A DNA stretch of 64,000 bases from Phoronis australis (lineage: Eukaryota > Animalia > Phoronida). Positions 51,081 to 64,000 of the stretch are shown here, in pieces (the first letter of the stretch is position 1; each line of letters begins with the position of its first letter). The notes beneath the pieces were generated by a model. The model did not search any database. It was not told the DNA's origin and worked only from the letters and a program-made list of their open reading frames with translations. The stretch lies in assembly GCA_002633005.1 (NCBI GenBank), contig NMRA01000287.1, positions 455,874 through 519,873 of the forward strand, written 5' to 3'. The translations under genes and the position numbers were made by a program.

Positions 51081-54000
51081 ATGGCGATCTATGCGAGCGA
51101 AGCCGTCGTGATTGCCATTCTATGGTCCGAGTATTGGCTTTTCGGTCTTACCTGTGACATTTGTCAATGGACTCCAAACAGTGCACTGACTATATTTAGA
51201 ATTTTTACAAATCAACCGCGATACGGACTTTTGTTGGAGGAGACTTCGGTCATCACTTACCTGCTATGTGCCGATAGGTGTTTGGGGACAAAACTCTGCA
51301 ATACAATAGTGTATGATGACCTGCTTTGTCGAATGTTTGAACTACAGGGACCAACTCAGTCGGATCCGAATTTGGAGATATTGACAACGTACTCAATGGT
51401 AGATGAAAGAGCGTTGGCTAATTACGTAAGTCAAATTAGGAAATTTTGTTGTGCTCAATTCCAGCGGTCTCACTGGAGTTCAGCTTTGAACTGGATCTAA
51501 AATTAACTTTCAACGGGATCAGATTACATATGTACAAGTTTTTGGCCTCTCAACTGATTTACAAAAACTACAAACCTGATTCTATAACCCTATTTATATC
51601 CATAAACATGTAAATCAGAAACCTACGAATTTGTTGATCAAAACTGAATATTATAAGCATTTTCGGCAGGCATACTTGCAGGTTTTTGACGGGTATCCCG
51701 GGAAAATTGGAGATAGGGCATTCATAGTAAGGTGCATTTTTGCTCATTTCCGAGGTACCTATAACGGTTTCTGAGTTGAACTTGACCTCAGAAGAAAGCT
51801 GGAACATTTGTTTGTTATTGCCAGTACACTCGTTTGACTTGTACACGGTCACCCCGATGGTAGCCTCGATAGCAGTTTTCCACATCTGGGAAATCCTTAC
51901 AAAAAGTCATAACAACCATTTTCAAAAGCGATACATGTACTGTTCTTATGATACTATGGGAAACAGTAACATTATTCTAAATCTAACCATCGGAAATATT
52001 CATTTTGTGTTAACAAACAGCGGTCATCTTCAAAATTAAACCCTTTCGATGCCGGCCAATCCGCCTGTATTTTTCACAGTAATGGACCAGGCAGAAACAG
52101 CTAAGGAGCTAAACAATAGTGAGGAACTACACATCAGTAGGTTCAAGCCCAATCTCAATAGGCAACTGACACACCATAGGTTGTCATTGTTGGTCTAGTT
52201 TATTGTCACTCCCTGTAACTGACTGTATCTGTGCTTCATTACTTGTTGCTGGGCCTAGGTAGGTGGCCACTATATTCTCTCTTCTGATGATGGTGTTTGA
52301 ATAAATGACACCGAAACATGTCAAGTCTATTTAAAACCGTGGATGTTTTTATTAAGAAAATACCTATGAAAAATCATTAAATGAGCAGCTATTGTTGATA
52401 TCAAGTCATCAATTTTTCTCAAATGATATACAATTCAAAAAAGCAACAGGTGTCTCTGTTACCCCTGCCAGATAGGGGCCTCTGGTGTGGTTTTGCAGTC
52501 GCAAAATTGAGTTATTGAATTCAATAATCCAGTAAACTAATACGCTCCACAAGAGCTTCCCTTTACAATTTTCTTCGATTTTTCGAAATTCATGAGTGAA
52601 TCATTACGTGCACGTTTTCAAGTGCGTTTAGACGACCTGTGGTGCAAAAGCGGAGACCCCAACAACAATGCCCTAGCCAGGGTCCTCAAAAGATAAACCA
52701 AGCACTGATACAGAGTTGTTTAATGTTCTCTTGAACTTTCTCTCGTATCGGCATTGAACAGTTTTTCTTTCCTCGACTGTCCACGCCCCACGCATATATC
52801 GGTTGCCACGGTTTAACCCTGGCGCCTGAATTTGTTTGGGGTTGCTCGAAATGTACAGTAACACGAGACTGATACGTACCGTATGATGTATCTGAAATGT
52901 TTGAGTGCAATGTAAGGCGAGACTGAAATTTACTGTGCAATGTAAGACGAGACTTAAATGTACTGTTCAATGTAAGACCAGACATAAATGTACTGTAAAA
53001 CAAGACTGAAAAGTAATGTTAGTTGAGACTGAAACTTACTGTAAGGCGAGACTGAAGTGTAATGTAAGGCGCTACCGATATGTATTATACAGCAAAACTG
53101 AAATGTATTGTAAAACGGGATTGAAATGAACTGTCAGACAAATTTGAAATGTACTTTAAGGCAACACTGAAATGAATTTTAAGGCAAGACTGAAATGTAA
53201 TGAACGGAAAAATTAAAATCAATTGTGATGCAAGATTGAAAGGTACTGTAAGGCAAAACAGAAATGCTCTGTAAGGTGAGACTGATATCAGCTGTAAGGG
53301 GTGAATGAAATGTACTGTATTTGAAGACCGAAGCGTAGTGTAAGACAACAGTGAATTATTCTGAAAGGTGTGAGTGAAAAGACAGACGATACTGAATTGA
53401 ACTGTAAGGTGCGTAACTGAAATGCAATCTAAGGTCAGGTAGACTTGTACTGCAAAGGCGAGACTGAAATATACTGTCAGACTAAAGTAAATTTAAGTGT
53501 AAGGACAGACTAAAATGTACTGTAATGCGTGATTGAAACGTACTGCAAGGTGATACTGAAATGTATTATAAGGCGAGTCTGGAATGCACTGTAAGGCGAG
53601 ATTTAATTGGACTGTAAGGAAAGAAACGTAAGACTGAAATGTAATGTAAAGCTGGAATGTAATGTAAGTCAAGACTGAAATGCACTGTAAAGTAAAAGTA
53701 AAATATAATCTGACGGGGTACTGAAAAGGAACTGAAATGCAAACTTTAATATGGTGTAAGGCGATACTGAAATGCTGCAAGGTAATACTAAAATGTGCTG
53801 TTAAGCGAAACTTATATGTACTGTAATGCCAGACCGAAATGCACTGTAAGGTGAGGCTGAAATGTACTATATGGCGAAACTATTTGTAAGACGAAAATTA
53901 AAAGCACTGTAAGGCGAGACTGAATTGAATGTAAGGGAACTGAACTGTACTCTAAGGCGTGACTGATATTTACTGTAAGACGGGACTTAATTGAATTGTA

Positions 54001-55230
54001 AGATGACTGATCTGCAAGGTAAGACTGAAGTATGGTTCAAGGTGACAGAGGGTGATATTGGTCACAACTGTGACGCCTTCTTGGTACCGATCGTGCAATA
54101 AAACAAATGGTAGCATACAGGTAGATGCCTCTATTTCAGTTTAAATGTACTTTGACTGGAAGACTATGAAAGGATTTTTATGTTTAATGAAATTGCAGAC
54201 TGTGATGTGATATTGCCCTGGTCAATTGAATAAGATTAATAAATGAATTACACCCACAACGAATCCTCATTTTTGTCAAAAATCAAAAGCAATCTTTAGC
54301 ATCTTAGACCAGAAGTTGTAATGCTTGAATAGAAAGTGTTATTGCGATTTGTAAAGAAAAATGGTCAGCGTTCTAATATAGCTTTTTACATTGACTATAA
54401 ACGAATGATGTACTATTGAGAATTATTTAATGCCAAGTGAATATGCCTTATTAAATATATTAAATATTTAGCAACTGTGCGGATGTGCAAATGTAAATCT
54501 GATGTTTTTGTGAATTCGTAATGTTGGCTTGAGGCTTGTTTACTCTAATTAACACGTGTTCATTATCTACATGTACCTCCGGTTGTGCGCATGCTTGAGT
54601 TTTCATCTAGTGATGTTAGTGCGTAGCCAATACCGGAATTTTCCGTAGATTAGACCATCCGATGAAACGCCCATGGGAGTTTATTCGGAATATTATGCCG
54701 AATACACGCCCATGGACGTTTATTTGGTGTTTCCAATGGTGTGGTCAAGTGTCGAGACAGTGGGGAGTTTATTTGGGAATTTTCCTCTTAAAAGCCTACT
54801 CAGAGTCAACGTTTTGTCACAAATACAGTTTTGCGGAGCATTTATCAATTTAAAAACGAACAAAGTGTCGGTGAGCTATGCATGTATTAACATAAAATTA
54901 AACATTGCAGTTTTAAGTAAAACATGTCAAAGTCTGGAAAACTATGACTTTCCAGTTACAAGTTCCCTTTCCGAATGTTACCTGAGCTGCATGTTGGCAT
55001 AAGCTGTCCTTGGTTATTATCATCCTGATGACGTATAATTAATTGACGAAACGTTGATTTAAAATGAGCCCTTTTATTTGAGCGGCAATCATCCGTCTTT
55101 TAAAATTAATTAAAGATCAACGGTCAAATCGTTTTTTAAGAAATATGCATTGCAAACAAACACACACAAACACACACGAACACGAGCGCGCACGCACGCA
55201 CACAGTCATACATGCACGCACTCGGACGCA

Positions 55231-55274
<44 letters not shown>

Positions 55275-56182
55275 CGTATAGGTAACAGGTTTCGATTAAA
55301 CCAAATCACTCCAAGCCCCATTCCTTTTTTCAAAACACAAGTAATAACATATTCAATCACGTGTTTTGGAGTAAAATGGAACATTTAGACGATTTCATGA
55401 ACTGGAAAACGGCGTAGTTGCGAAATGTTGATTCGCTTTCATAAAGAAGGTGACACTGTGGCTTTACGGTAAAAAAATGTGAATGCTTCTCTTTATGGAC
55501 ATATTTTAATGAAATTGTAAATCTTCGAGAATATTACTCTTTCATGAGACGAGTTCTATCCCTCATAGCTCAACTTGGGACTCCTGCAATGGCAGCCTTA
55601 TGCAGGACCCCAAGCAAGGCTATATAGAGTTATTGCTGTTTACCAAACAAAACTCTTCATCGCAACCTGTGGTCTAACCAACATCACAAGAAAATTGTGA
55701 TAGTGCAAGTGTCGATGCAAACTTTCAATAGCTTAAGGATTCCCCGAAAGCATAAGCTTTCATTGGTTTCGGTTTACACACAGACCACCTAGCGCAGGAT
55801 ACACGTCTCCCGTATGTATAAGCTTATACAGTATAATTCTAGTACCAACCATTGCTCTTACTCCTTTCATAACCAACATCACAAGAAAATTGTGATAGTG
55901 CAAGTGTCGATGCAAACTTTCAATAGCTTAAGGATTCCCCGAAAGCATAAGCTTTCATTGGTTTCGGTTTACACACAGACCACCTAGCGCAGGATACACG
56001 TCTCCCGTATGTATAAGCTTATACAGTATAACTCTAGTACCAACCATTGCTCTTACTCCTTTCATATCTTTTCTTTAAGGAGAACTCAGTAAAATTGTGT
56101 GCAAAGAACAGACAATGCATGCCTGACCTCTACTGTCGCGCAGAATGTCTGGAAAAGGAATCGTGCAACTGTCACCAGTCAG
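51081..56182 (+). CDS. Signal peptide-PAN/apple-Cys-rich (EGF-like) gene, paralog B, 3'-partial (exons 51081-51425 and 56080-56182)
   Basis: [25 protein letters not shown] hydrophobic leader; CADRCL...[17 protein letters not shown] motif; TAC|gtaagt donor; ctttaag|[35 protein letters not shown]|gtaggg. Later exons not located. Confidence 0.75.
52845..54045. repeat. Degenerate 23-bp minisatellite (gactgaaatgtactgtaaggcga), ~50 units
   Basis: Periodic unit visible over 1.2 kb, with no unique spacers. Confidence 0.9.
55154..55275. repeat. (CA)n-rich microsatellite
   Basis: Directly visible. Confidence 0.93.
55675..56065. repeat. 195-bp tandem duplication, one visible mismatch
   Basis: taaccaacatcacaagaaaattgtg...ctcctttca starts at 55675 and 55870; taattctag versus taactctag. 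Confidence 0.93.
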
Positions 56183-58819
56183 GTAGGGTGTTGGGTGTCA
56201 CTTTTCTTGCGTCATGTGCAGCAGCAACAACGTTGACGTATTTTAGATATTATTGGCCAGAGTTATAGGCTCTGAATAACAGCAGTTGCCAGTTTGATAT
56301 TTGTCTAGTACCCGCCTAATTTATGCAAGTTATCCAAAAACTAGACACTCTAGTTTGAATGCGTGCCCATTGTAAATGGGATCACACATATCTCTGGATA
56401 TGATTTACAACGACTTTTAATGTTTTATGTCATTCATGAGGAATGCAAAATATGTGAGGAAAAATAAAGTTTCTTCGCGGCAGTTGGAATAAGAGGTCAC
56501 CCACAAGGAGGTTTGCGCGACTCCGTCCGCTGAATAAAATGCAATGAACTTGTCTTAACGTGTTATTCAAACAAGCAGAGAAAGGTATGATGATGTCTTC
56601 AATTATGGGTGTTTCAAATGAGATATATTCGTGTAAAATCTAATTTCACTTAAAGTGTTCACTCCCATGTGCCACGCATTCCGTCACTCTGGTTCGCATA
56701 TTCATTGTTGTGTTCATTCCACGCCTTGTGGTTCGTCTAACGCAACTCAGTTCACAATAGACTGAAAGAACAATGCAATAGAATAGTCGCTCTCGTAAGC
56801 TTGTAACAGTAACACTCCAAACGACTACACGCCGTGATTAAAAATGTTTTAAATATCATGACACGTAATCTAACCTATTTGACATTCTGCCGTATGGCTA
56901 CGTGGCAGTAAACTTCCGGAAACAGTACCAAATTTACTTGGCCTGAAACGTCTTCGTATGTGGGTAATGACCAGAGAACCCAATTGAGAGTCAACCAATA
57001 TTCCTATCTTGGTCGTAAAAATTCCGACAGTAATTTTTACCGAAAGACCCCCCCCCCAAACACAAGCACACATAAAGGCATACACACAACCAACGGTCTG
57101 CAGTATTTAAGACAAGTATAACTTTGGACATGCAGACGTAATTAAACTGTACCAAGAACATGTAATAAATTTTCGTTTGATCCAGTAAAAACCATTTGTG
57201 TTAGGGTAAAGGGTGAAATTTGATTGGTCATCAATTTCTTGAATAAGGCATACTATAAGCATTTCAGACGCCATATTTTCTTGGAAAGGAAGTTTTGTCT
57301 GATAATCTGTTATTACACATTATCGCGTTTCTCCAACGGATGCCAATCACTCAAGCAAGTGATGGGAAGTCAGTTTTGTTTACTTTCCAATCAGACAAAT
57401 AGCACCTAATCTCCTATTATTGTACCTTATAGTAGCAAAGTATTCGGAAGTTATCCTTACACATTCGCACAAGATTTGTGCTCTTTCGCTGAAGTGAGCA
57501 AGTAGGTGACTTCAAGTGACCAAAATTTCTATTGTTTGTACTTTGCTCTGAGCTTAGGTGAATTCTTTGTCTAGTGCTTTTTCATAATCAATCGTAACTA
57601 TAGCTAACGCCTGCGCATGCACTTTCAAATGTGGTGAATGTTTTATGGAGGGATTCCCCATCTTACTCTACAAACAGTCCTCTACCGAAGATTAATCTTG
57701 GCGTGACGTCATAATTTTCCTGTTTTCGGAAGCTGTTAAATTGGAACTGAGAATCAAATAATGCACACTCATAATTTTTCAAATATTTCAGATGCACAAG
57801 TAAGCATTTTAATGGATATTTCATAACACACCTTCTGTGCTAGATGCTGTTACGAAGAAAAACTTGAGTACATTTTTTTCAGTTGGAGAATTTGGTGCAG
57901 GTAGCCTTTCCTTTCTTTGCTTCTGATATTCACGTTTGACGTCAGTGCATGTGCCATACAATTACATCTAGAACGAAAATGTCATGAATGGCCTTGGGTC
58001 AGCAAACACCATTATCTAAACGAAGACACCGTAATGTCAATGTTTTTACTGCATGGGAAACATTTTTCTTTACATTTTTTTACAAATAATTTACCAAGAT
58101 AAATACAGCGGAGGTAATATCCTTTTGTTTGTTAAATTCAATGCCACATATGTCAAACGCTTTTTATGAATGTTATCATTAGAAATAAGCCACAGTTCTA
58201 TTTCTAAGAACATGAGAACATTTGTTTTGAGTGTCGTCAGTAACGGACCATTCAATGACAACTAGCGACCCCTATCACACAAAAATACGACACACATTAG
58301 ATTGAATTTCAAAAAAAATCGATATAACGATCCACCATAACTTAAAATGAACATTAATTATTTGATGCATGTCCATGCTTGTCATTGTCAAAGAAAATTT
58401 TCAAACGTATTAAATTCAAAGTCAATGAACCTCACTTGCTGAATATCAAGATTGACTATCTTGCATAAAATCACCTGAGGAAATGATTTATTGTAACAAT
58501 CACACCTACACATTTTAGTAATATACATGTAATTATTGCCTCAACTTGTGTAACAGAACGTCTTACACACTATGGCCGTTCTCTAGAAAGGTCAAACTCA
58601 GGTAAAACCAAGCTTTTAAACATAAGATTCAAAGGAATTGTCTGTTCAGTTGCCGTGTCGCGTGATTACGTAGCACTTCATTGTATTAATTGTTAATGGC
58701 ATTCTAACCAGCTACGTGATGCTGTAGCAGTCCTTGCGTTCGCTTTCTGGTACAGATGACATCACTGCTATTTGGCACTAGCACGTGCAGTCGTGGGTTG
58801 CCCTTCGCACACGGGCCAT

Positions 58820-60700
58820 GGCTTCAGAAATGAGACCTTCGACCTCCCCTGCGGTCGATCATCTCAAAAGCTCGCCACATTGCACGTTTCTTTAAAGTAG
58901 TGGCTTCTATTGTTGCAAAGCTATCTGCCGTGGACAACTTTGCACAACACAGAGAGGAACTGACCGACAATATATGTACACTCATACGGTATGATGCTGG
59001 TTCAGAGACCACAGTTCCATCGTTCCGCCACATGCACCGTAAGCAGTCATTGTACGTTGACTGCTGTCGAAACCAGTGAGATATGCGTCCATCGTATCCT
59101 ATAAGGACAACCAACAATCTCTCTTCGCAAAAAGCACAAAACACCAATCATCAGGCAGTTCTTTTCAAAAGATGATCACCCAAATGCATTATTTCAAAGC
59201 AGGAGTTGCAATCTTATCTTCCTTCACCGCAATTCGACAAACAAAATAAAAACATCCTGTATGCGATCTGGGTCATGTCCGACATCGTAAGGATGTAGCC
59301 ATGGTAGAATGTGTTGATCCAACAGTTCACAGTCCAGTGCGGTCCTCTGGAAAAACAGATTTGTTCTCCGCCAGGTAGATCTTCGGTAGGTGCGAATGCA
59401 TCAGGTCAGTCGTACCTAAACTGGATGGCGTTTTCGTAATCCAGGAGAACAGGCATTTCAAAAATCCGGTGTCTCAGGTACGGGAATTGTCAGGTTGCAC
59501 TAGCTGTGCTGTGCTGGAATGTTATCTCTGTAATGTGTATTTGGCAGAAAATTGGAACTCACTCCTTTGATCTGTTTGTCATTATATATTAAGTTGGTGC
59601 TGTCAAGAATGGTCGTCGATGGGAGAGTTGATAGTCTTAGTCTTTCTGATACGGATTCACCCCAAATTTGATCACCTATACTGAACTTGAAGGGAAGGTT
59701 GTGCCACTCAGAGTGTCTGGAGGGCTGTGTCTTACTAAGTTTGATAATCGTGGGTGTCTTTTGGATGAGTTTGTACAGCATTTGCTTCAGCTGTAGTGGC
59801 AGCGTCTGGAGAAGCTGCTTCTTTGGATGACGTCGTGACTGATGAGTAGTGTTCAGAACCCTGTCACGACGGAAGACATGTTAGATGGGACCTCCGACAC
59901 TCACTACGCTTCAGAATCTGAGATCTTGACAAAGTTGCGACATTGGTTGGACCCTTTGCAGAAGAGGATTTTGTCCTTGTTGTAACCAAAGGTCAGTAGT
60001 CCCAAATGTGTAGATCAGTTGTTCCAAATTACAAGTTTGCTACAGACAACTGCACGCTGCCATTGACAATAATTTTAAATAAACAACACATTTCTGTTTC
60101 AGTGTTCAACACGCATTCTCCGGTATTGCATCAGAGCATCAATTCGAAATATGACGTCAAAGGAGTGGAACACGTGACCATAAAAGAAAACCACTACTTG
60201 ATAATATCCAACGCGTGAGTAAATAACCTGTTATTTGTCTTCATAGGTTCCCAGAGTTCGCAATGTCGAAACTTCTGAAGGCCCATTAGTGTAAAAATAT
60301 TTTGTAAAGAACATTCGCACGACCGATTCTTGACGGGACGAACGTCTGAACCACAAGCACAATCCTGTGTGTAGTATAGTGAGGCGTTTGGGCGATCTGT
60401 TTTAGAAGATTCTCGGTCACAAGACAGAGGCAGACCCGGAAGTGGCGTCATCCGCAAACCAGAGAAATTGGCTTTGACATCACCGTTCAATGTCAAATTT
60501 GGCCCGGAACTGACGTTATCTATTCGTGCAGGTGGAGGGTGATAGCGTATACAATGACCACGGCGACTCGTACGTGGCGTTTTTGTGCGCAGGATAATGA
60601 ACCAGACAACAGCTCTCGATATCCGTTGGAATCTCCAACCTACTCTTGAAGGTAATCAAAATAACGTCTTCATAATGTCAGAGCATCCGGATGGCATGCA
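58820..60700 (-). mobile_element. Highly degenerate transposon coding remnant with a Ulp1/C48-protease-like region, possibly Ginger-like
   Basis: Minus-strand pieces YNDKQIK...QFPYL...EQICFSRGPHWTV...QQSTYNDC follow Ulp1-like motif order; the upstream part weakly resembles an integrase Zn-binding N-terminus. Many stops. Confidence 0.4.
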
Positions 60701-62689
60701 TACAGTCAAGTGACTACAGAAGCCATGATGACCTAGTTTTCACAATTCCTAGAGGTTTACTGGCGTCGTTAGGTTACCCTTGTAGCCTTTGATCGTAAAT
60801 CGAAACCCCTCTCCAACACGGGTTATTTCCTGCATAAGTTTACCTACTTAATATTTATCTGTGACGTCGGTGTTCCTTTTTCCGGTTTGCGGCTGAGGTC
60901 TGCCCTAAGTCCACTTTTAACGTACAGTATGGCGTTTGACTGCAGTACCTTTCTAACATGTCGCATAAACAATTCACTACGCTAATAGCGGGTATGTGAA
61001 CTGACAGATTCAATGTTCCTGAGTGTACATTGCACTGTGAGTGACAGGCAACATATTGCAAGTCAAATAAAAAAACCTTTATTGAGCGTGTTATTATATT
61101 ACAAATGCCTCATAATATAACAAAGACAACGAGGTTTGAAAATAGCAAAAGGCAATCCGATTTTTTGAAAATATGAAAGAAACATTTTCATTCCAACTTA
61201 TTTGATGTGTTTTCTCCACGGATAACACCGTCGCAGTAACTATCGACACCAAATATGATCACAAAAATGGATTAATATCCGTAATACTTAGCGCTCACCA
61301 ATGTAAACAAGTGTTTTAATTAATTCTTGGTAATATGCTTTGATTCCAATTTAGTTCTGATACGAAAATACGCACCCTACACTTGTTTTCTATCTGTCTG
61401 CAATGTAATAGCTCAGAATGGTGTTGCATGTGACGTACATGTACACGTGAAGACGCAACACTTCTGTTAATAGCTTACAGCTCTTTATTGCAAAATCTAG
61501 ACGGCGTTGCATTGAAAAATCTCTGGAATCCAATGGCTCGTGGACATGCAGTGCTTGGAAAGGAGGCAAAACGGAAGTGTACCGATATGACCAATCGAAG
61601 CAAGAATATCTGCTGAGTCAACTCTTGGACACTGGTGACGCAAGGTGATGTTCCTTTCCAATTCACGTTATATCAATCTAAAATCAGAGGCGGATCTACG
61701 TTTTCAGTAAGGGGGGTTTAGGATTCCCGCAAAGGTCGAATCCGAGACGCGTGGCGCGGAGCGGGGTCGGGTAGCCAAATAGTGAAATTTCCTTGCATCC
61801 TGGTAAGTTTCTTGCACTTAACATGTCTCTGGAATTGTTCTTAAGATAATTTAAAACCCTTCTCGAGTTCGTCACATGAACTTTGCTCATAAGGTTCTTC
61901 AAACCATATTGGTCCACATATAGGAAATAGTCACGCTACCAGCAAAAATTTTTGTTGGAACATCTTCTTACACACACCTTTTTAACATACGAAAAGTCGC
62001 ATACGAAAATGTGTGGTGTGTATACAGGGATTTAGACAACTGCCAAATATTCAAAAGCATAGAGAGCACCGACGGGGCGTAAAACTTGAATATCAGTTGA
62101 TCGCGTAACAGCAGCCTCAAGTTGTTTAAGAACGAAGACCTGTACTGTTAGTCCGGAAATAATCATGTGTTCTGTCTCGTTACGAGAAAAACTGGCGAAC
62201 GATGGTGCTCTCAGCTCATTGTCTATTATTAAAAGCTACAATAAACAATTAAGTATCACTTTATTAAGCTGAATCACGTTGACAACAATTGAAAAACGTC
62301 AAATGTATCAGGAAACAAATCATCTGAAAACAGTTTTACGAAACCAAAACATTCTGTACACCGTGGTGAAAAGATATGCAGGGGAACAGTTCGCAGAAGG
62401 ACCAGATGTACACTGAGAATACACAAAAGGGCTGGCCTGGTCCGTCACGAGACCAAAAGTATACATGTGCTAATTACCCTTATAAAAATAGCCGATCTCT
62501 AGCGGGATCAAACAGTACTGGCTGAGATAAATAGTTTTACAAAGCACAATTTGGTAAAAAGCATCACTAGACTAGTTTGCCGAGGGACCAGAAGTACAAC
62601 GAAACTCAATATCTAAAGAAATCAAGCTGTCCTGATCCGTAGCGAGACCTAAAGTGTACTATGCAAATATTTTTGAAGTGAAAACTTCT

Positions 62690-62960
62690 CTCTAGATACT
62701 TTTTAATCCCCACTGGCTGCTCAGAAGTGTATTTTACACGTCTGGTGATCAACTGCTGCGAGAGATTGTCTAGGAAGGGTTTTCGCACCGTTCTGTAGTA
62801 CTCACTGGAAGAAACAAGTATTGAGTACAAATTTTACAACGCACTAAGTGAAATAGAGTTTGGATATGAAGCAGATAGAGCCAGTGGAAATACAAACTAG
62901 AATCAGTTTCTGTGGGCTCGTGGACCCTCTGCTGCACTGGGCAAATTTGGTATGTCCAAA
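62690..62960 (-). mobile_element. hAT transposase C-terminal fragment
   Basis: SEYYRTVRKPFLDNLSQQLITR resembles the hAT YYR...PFLD.L...L..RF motif. Confidence 0.45.
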
Positions 62961-64000
62961 AATAATTTCGTTTTCATTGTAAACAAGCATAAAAAAACGA
63001 CATTATATACAAACTGTGTAGAATTATAACTTATTACCTGTGTGTTTCTCCACCAACGTTAGTCCTATCCTTCTGTTGTCTAGAGTGCCGAGCTATCTGT
63101 ATATCGGATTCACTGGTTTGCTCGTCTTGGAACCAGACATCTTCGATGTTTGTTCCCAACGCTTGCACTTCATCAACTGCTGTGTCAATGAGCTTGTAAG
63201 CCTCTACAATGTCAGCATCTCGTTTCGCAGCTCAGTTGGCACTAAGCCCCCTAAGGTTGCCAATTCCATTCAAAAGACTTACGCGCAACTAAATTTGATC
63301 TGTTCATCATGGACTAATTCAGACCTTGACGATGCATCCCAGGACCTATTTGCATCTCTTGCAACTTTCGAAATAAACGTCCTAATGACTGAACGCTTGA
63401 AACTCGAGGTAATAACATCAAATAAATGCCCATGGGCATGGGCGTTTCATCGGGTGGGCCTTTCTGCGGAAATCCCCATTATAGAAGACAGCAGTTGTGC
63501 TTATTGCAAGTAGAAAGACGGCAGGTGTTGAGGTCGGCACTAGGGCTCCTTAGTAGGCCTTCTGAAGAATGCACGAGTCCCGCAAGACTTTGTTGTGAAA
63601 GTACAGCCTCCCCTCAATTTTTGGTGCTGTACACTGTTCGCGAATGCGGTCACGGTCAATATGAGTGCCCCCTTGATCATTCCTTGTATAGACATAACTT
63701 GTTAGAGTGCATTTTCAAACAGATTGACTCGCGACCAGACCACGGCGCCGCCACAATAGCAATTCTTCGGAAAACGAGTTTTTTTCAAAAGTATTACATG
63801 TACATGTACATGTACACCGTATGATATTGCGCAAGACAACTTTACTATACACCAGCTAAGTTCGAGTTACAAACGTGTGGTTCGTAATAGCATGACACTG
63901 CACGAAAGATGAGGGAAAAAACGTTGCACGTCAAGTCGTCTGAATGTCAGGGTTGCGGCACCACAGTATTTCCCCTAATCAAATCAAAATATATCGTAGT

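Noticed and set aside
52280-52330. Penelope-like terminal motif (ctgatgatgg...ccgaaacatgtc); similar at ~55025
   Set aside because: Too short, with no adjacent RT or GIY-YIG sequence recognised.
52845-54045. CRISPR-like array
   Set aside because: Head-to-tail degenerate 23-bp units with no unique spacers, no cas genes and a eukaryotic context.
63040-63824. Long + strand ORFs (157 and 132 aa)
   Set aside because: No recognisable domain or splice structure; more likely antisense to a decayed retroelement ORF, which I could not confirm.

Overview
Eukaryotic (metazoan, probably marine invertebrate; inferred) genomic DNA, rich in introns and transposon remnants; most ORF-track entries are non-coding noise. 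(1) A 5'-incomplete + strand gene of 13 phase-compatible exons (1467-24971, 672 aa) encodes EAR/EPTP-like repeat - 2x discoidin (F5/8C) - laminin-G-like - about 3 EAR/EPTP-like repeats, with a duplicated 209/108/142-nt exon triplet and one GC-AG intron. (2) Two paralogous signal peptide-PAN/apple-Cys-rich genes lie about 20 kb apart; the first is frameshifted. (3) Two ~760-bp solo-LTR-like elements carry heat-shock-element arrays next to a TATA box. (4) There is an internally deleted P-element with an 8-bp TSD, plus Harbinger, pogo, hAT, Ginger-like and Kolobok-like remnants, tRNA-derived SINE heads and satellites. (5) TACATGTA is strongly over-represented, and paired repeats show it arising as exact CATGTA insertions, as expected for Tc1/mariner excision footprints. 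All calls were made by eye; no database searches were run.
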